Below are positions 61,999-64,000 of a stretch of DNA of 64,000 nt, piece after piece. The DNA lies in the NCBI RefSeq assembly GCF_951801035.1, contig NZ_CATOKT010000002.1. One strand, 5' to 3'. Both the position numbers and the translations under genes were made by a program. A model generated the notes under the pieces. It did no database searches, had not been told where the DNA came from, and was given only the letters and a program-made list of their open reading frames with translations. Origin of the DNA: an uncultured Adlercreutzia sp. (GTDB lineage Bacteria; Actinomycetota; Coriobacteriia; Coriobacteriales; Eggerthellaceae). How positions within the stretch are numbered: position 1 is the first letter of the stretch; each line of letters begins with the position of its first letter.

Positions 61999-62607
61999 GT
62001 GAGCTTACCCGAGATGACCTATACGGCTGACGACTACGATGTTGACGCCCATGTGCCGGCGGCCGAGGCGCTGCGACGTCTGGAAGAGGGCAATCGCATT
62101 TACGTGGAGGCTCTGGATCACGAGCGCGATCTTTCGCCGGCGCGCATTCAGGAGCTGTTCGAGAAGGGACAGCGACCCTTCGCCTGCGTTATCACGTGTG
62201 CCGATTCCCGGGTGGTGCCCGAGCATATCTTCATGGCGGGGCTCGGGGAGCTCTTCGTCATCCGCGTGGCGGGCAACGTGGTGGGGCCGACGGAGCTGGC
62301 CAGTGCGGTGTACGCCTGCGAGCATTTGCACACGCGGCTTCTGCTGGTGCTGGGTCATACGCACTGTGGCGCCATAAAGGCCGCCCTCGATGGCGAGGGC
62401 GGCCCCGTAGCGGCCATTACCGACCGCATTGTGGCGGCCTTGGGCGATGTTCATGATCCCTACGAGGCCAGCGTGCTGAACGCCCAGGCGTCCGTGGCGG
62501 CGTTGCGTCAGTCGCCGGAAATTGCACGGCTTGAGGCCGAGGAGGGACTCATGGTGGGCAGTGCGGTGTACCACACCCACTGCGGCGTGGTGGATTTCCT
62601 TGCTTAG
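61999..62607 (+). CDS. beta-class carbonic anhydrase
   Basis: CADSRVVPEHIF, FVIRVAGNVV, LGHTHCGAIKAAL. GTG at 61999 preceded by AGAGGAG; ATG at 62014 is an alternative. Confidence 0.85.
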   Translation: MSLPEMTYTADDYDVDAHVPAAEALRRLEEGNRIYVEALDHERDLSPARIQELFEKGQRPFACVITCADSRVVPEHIFMAGLGELFVIRVAGNVVGPTELASAVYACEHLHTRLLLVLGHTHCGAIKAALDGEGGPVAAITDRIVAALGDVHDPYEASVLNAQASVAALRQSPEIARLEAEEGLMVGSAVYHTHCGVVDFLA

Positions 62608-63392
62608 GCGATGGCCTCGAAGCCCGAGGGGATAGCGCGCTGCAGGTCCTGGTCGAAGCCGGAGCAGCCCGGGCATCCGGCGTTGTCGCAGCCCTCGCTC
62701 AGATCGGTGGCGGCACCGTAGCTGCTGCCCCAGCCGTAACCGTAGGCGTTGCCGCCGCGGCCGGAATTGCCGTTGCTGCCGCGATCGGAGCCGTCCTGGC
62801 CCCGGCCGTAGCCGTAGTCATCATCGTCGCGATCGAAGTTGTAGCTGTAGCTATCATCGCGGTCGCTCTGGCCATAGCCCGGCATCACGCGCTCCTGCTT
62901 GGCGGGACGGTCGTGATCGAAGTCGAAGGAACCCGCCTGGGCGCCGGCAAAGGCGGACAGGCCGGCGGTCAGGCCCACAACCACCAGCGCGCCGACGGCC
63001 ACGCCCACGGTGGCACCTACGCTGCGGGTGATCTTCTCGTACCAGGGAGCGGCGGCATGCTTGCCGTTCTTGGCGTTCGCGGTGAACGCGGCGGTGTCCT
63101 TGCTGTCCGTGGCCGTGTCTTCTTGCGGCATTTCAGCGGTCTCGACGGCCTCGACGGTGGCCTCAACGGTCGGCATGGCGGCCGTGGGATCCACGGGGAT
63201 CTCGGCAGTCACCGACTCGGCGGCGGGCATCGTGGCCGTGGCCTCGACGCTCTCGACGACGGGGGCCGTGGCGGCTGCATCCGTCGCGGGGCTCGCGGCC
63301 TCGGCGGTTACCTCGACGGCCTCGATAGCCTTCTCGGCGTCGTTGGCGGGGATGATCTGGTTGTTCTGCTCGTTATGATTCTGCTCGCTCAT
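62604..63392 (-). CDS. single-TM low-complexity protein with Asp/Gly/Tyr-rich region and C-terminal Cys cluster
   Basis: Start at Met96 of the track ORF (MSEQNHNEQNN). Ala/Thr/Glu/Val repeats, TM segment VGATVGVAVGALVVVGLTAGLSAFAGA, then DRDDSYSYNFDRDDDDYGYGRG...GYGWGSSYG...CDNAGCPGCSGF. Confidence 0.5.
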   Translation of the reverse strand: MSEQNHNEQNNQIIPANDAEKAIEAVEVTAEAASPATDAAATAPVVESVEATATMPAAESVTAEIPVDPTAAMPTVEATVEAVETAEMPQEDTATDSKDTAAFTANAKNGKHAAAPWYEKITRSVGATVGVAVGALVVVGLTAGLSAFAGAQAGSFDFDHDRPAKQERVMPGYGQSDRDDSYSYNFDRDDDDYGYGRGQDGSDRGSNGNSGRGGNAYGYGWGSSYGAATDLSEGCDNAGCPGCSGFDQDLQRAIPSGFEAIA

Positions 63393-63584
63393 GGATGTTC
63401 CTTTTCTTCGAGACTTGCAAACTGTTTTCTTACCGACGGCATCCAACGGGGGCCGCGTCGGTCGATGGCCGTAGAATAGGAGTCGAATCTGAAATGAGAC
63501 TGAAATGTCCGCGATTTTAAGACTGGTTTCAGGTTCGCTTTGCAAAATGTCGACAAAGGCGGACGCAGGGACGAAGGAGACAGG

Positions 63585-64000
63585 GTGCGTGCTCTGATAG
63601 TGGAGGATGATCGGGGAGTGGCCCGAGCGGTGGCCCACGTGCTTGAGCGCGAGGGTTACACCACCGATGTGGTGCATGACGGGGCCACGGGCCTCGAGTA
63701 TGCCACGTTGGGCTCCTACGACGTGATCATCTTCGACGTTATGCTGCCTCTGATGGACGGGGTCAGCGCCGTGGCCGCGTTGCGTCGCCGCCAGGTGAGC
63801 ACCCCGGTGCTCATGCTTACGGCCCGCGGCGAAGTGCCCGACAAAATTGCCGGCCTGGACGGCGGGGCCGATCTGTATATGACAAAGCCCTTCGATACGG
63901 GCGAGCTGGTAGCCCGGGTGCGCGCTCTGACGCGGCGGGTGGCCCCGGCTCCGGCGTCGCTGGTGCGCGCGGGCGATTTGGAGCTTGATGAAACCACGCG
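63585..64000 (+). CDS. OmpR/PhoB-family response regulator (3' end outside window)
   Basis: Own translation: VRALIVEDDRGVARAVAHVLEREGYTTDVVHDG...DVIIFDVMLPLMDG...VLMLTARGEVPDKIAGLDGGADLYMTKPF. GTG start preceded by AAGGAGA. Not in the ORF track because it runs off the window. Confidence 0.85.
   Translation, partial: MRALIVEDDRGVARAVAHVLEREGYTTDVVHDGATGLEYATLGSYDVIIFDVMLPLMDGVSAVAALRRRQVSTPVLMLTARGEVPDKIAGLDGGADLYMTKPFDTGELVARVRALTRRVAPAPASLVRAGDLELDETT

Noticed and set aside
1-64000. Search for integrases, transposases, prophage genes, tRNA/rRNA genes or cas genes that would define a classical mobile island.
   Set aside because: None was recognised in any frame. Island-like behaviour is suggested only by the TA modules, AT-rich pockets and the repeat-flanked DUF559-like genes.

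Overview
High-GC (by eye about 60-65%) chromosomal segment that looks like a Coriobacteriia/Eggerthellaceae-type actinobacterium. That taxon is an inference from gene content: several membrane-anchored LuxR regulators, a TAT-exported molybdopterin oxidoreductase and a flavoprotein reductase. About 55 genes can be supported.

Housekeeping and accessory genes, left to right:
- HTH protein plus Ser/Thr kinase, TrmH methyltransferase, YfcE phosphodiesterase, uppP.
- A split Mo-bisPGD oxidoreductase locus: NrfD-like anchor, then GntR and SPFH genes, then catalytic, 4Fe-4S and TorD-like genes.
- An ORC/Cdc6-like ATPase preceded by iteron-like tandem repeats.
- Chorismate mutase plus DAHP synthase.
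- An orphan HigA antitoxin beside a 14-codon toxin remnant.
- A canonical Trp-specific T-box leader driving a TrpP-EcfA1A2T tryptophan ECF importer.
- hipBA, an esterase/acyltransferase operon and a C69 dipeptidase.
- helD, an MFS transporter, a MerR regulator, an SDR, a 1762-aa Lhr helicase, two membrane LuxR regulators flanking a TAT flavoprotein reductase, and a rhamnose mutarotase.
- UPF0210, a beta-carbonic anhydrase and a partial OmpR-type response regulator.

No rRNA, tRNA, CRISPR array, transposase or integrase was recognised.

Most interesting observations:
1. A tightly coupled six-gene minus-strand operon (53602-61929). It encodes an unknown protein, a Zn-ribbon/FHA protein, an orphan NrdG-like radical-SAM activase, a pseudo-D1 plus ClpB-D2 AAA+ ATPase, a polytopic Ser/Thr kinase and a small TM protein. 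It matches no system I can name.
2. Two paralogous DUF559-like genes in direct orientation bracket about 20 kb. Each is itself bracketed by copies of a roughly 22-30 nt intergenic repeat family, including a perfect 46-nt palindrome.
3. The Trp T-box.
4. An 18-nt motif shared by the promoters of the two halves of the Mo-enzyme locus.

Coordinates of starts chosen inside longer track ORFs were derived by codon counting from the ORF track.
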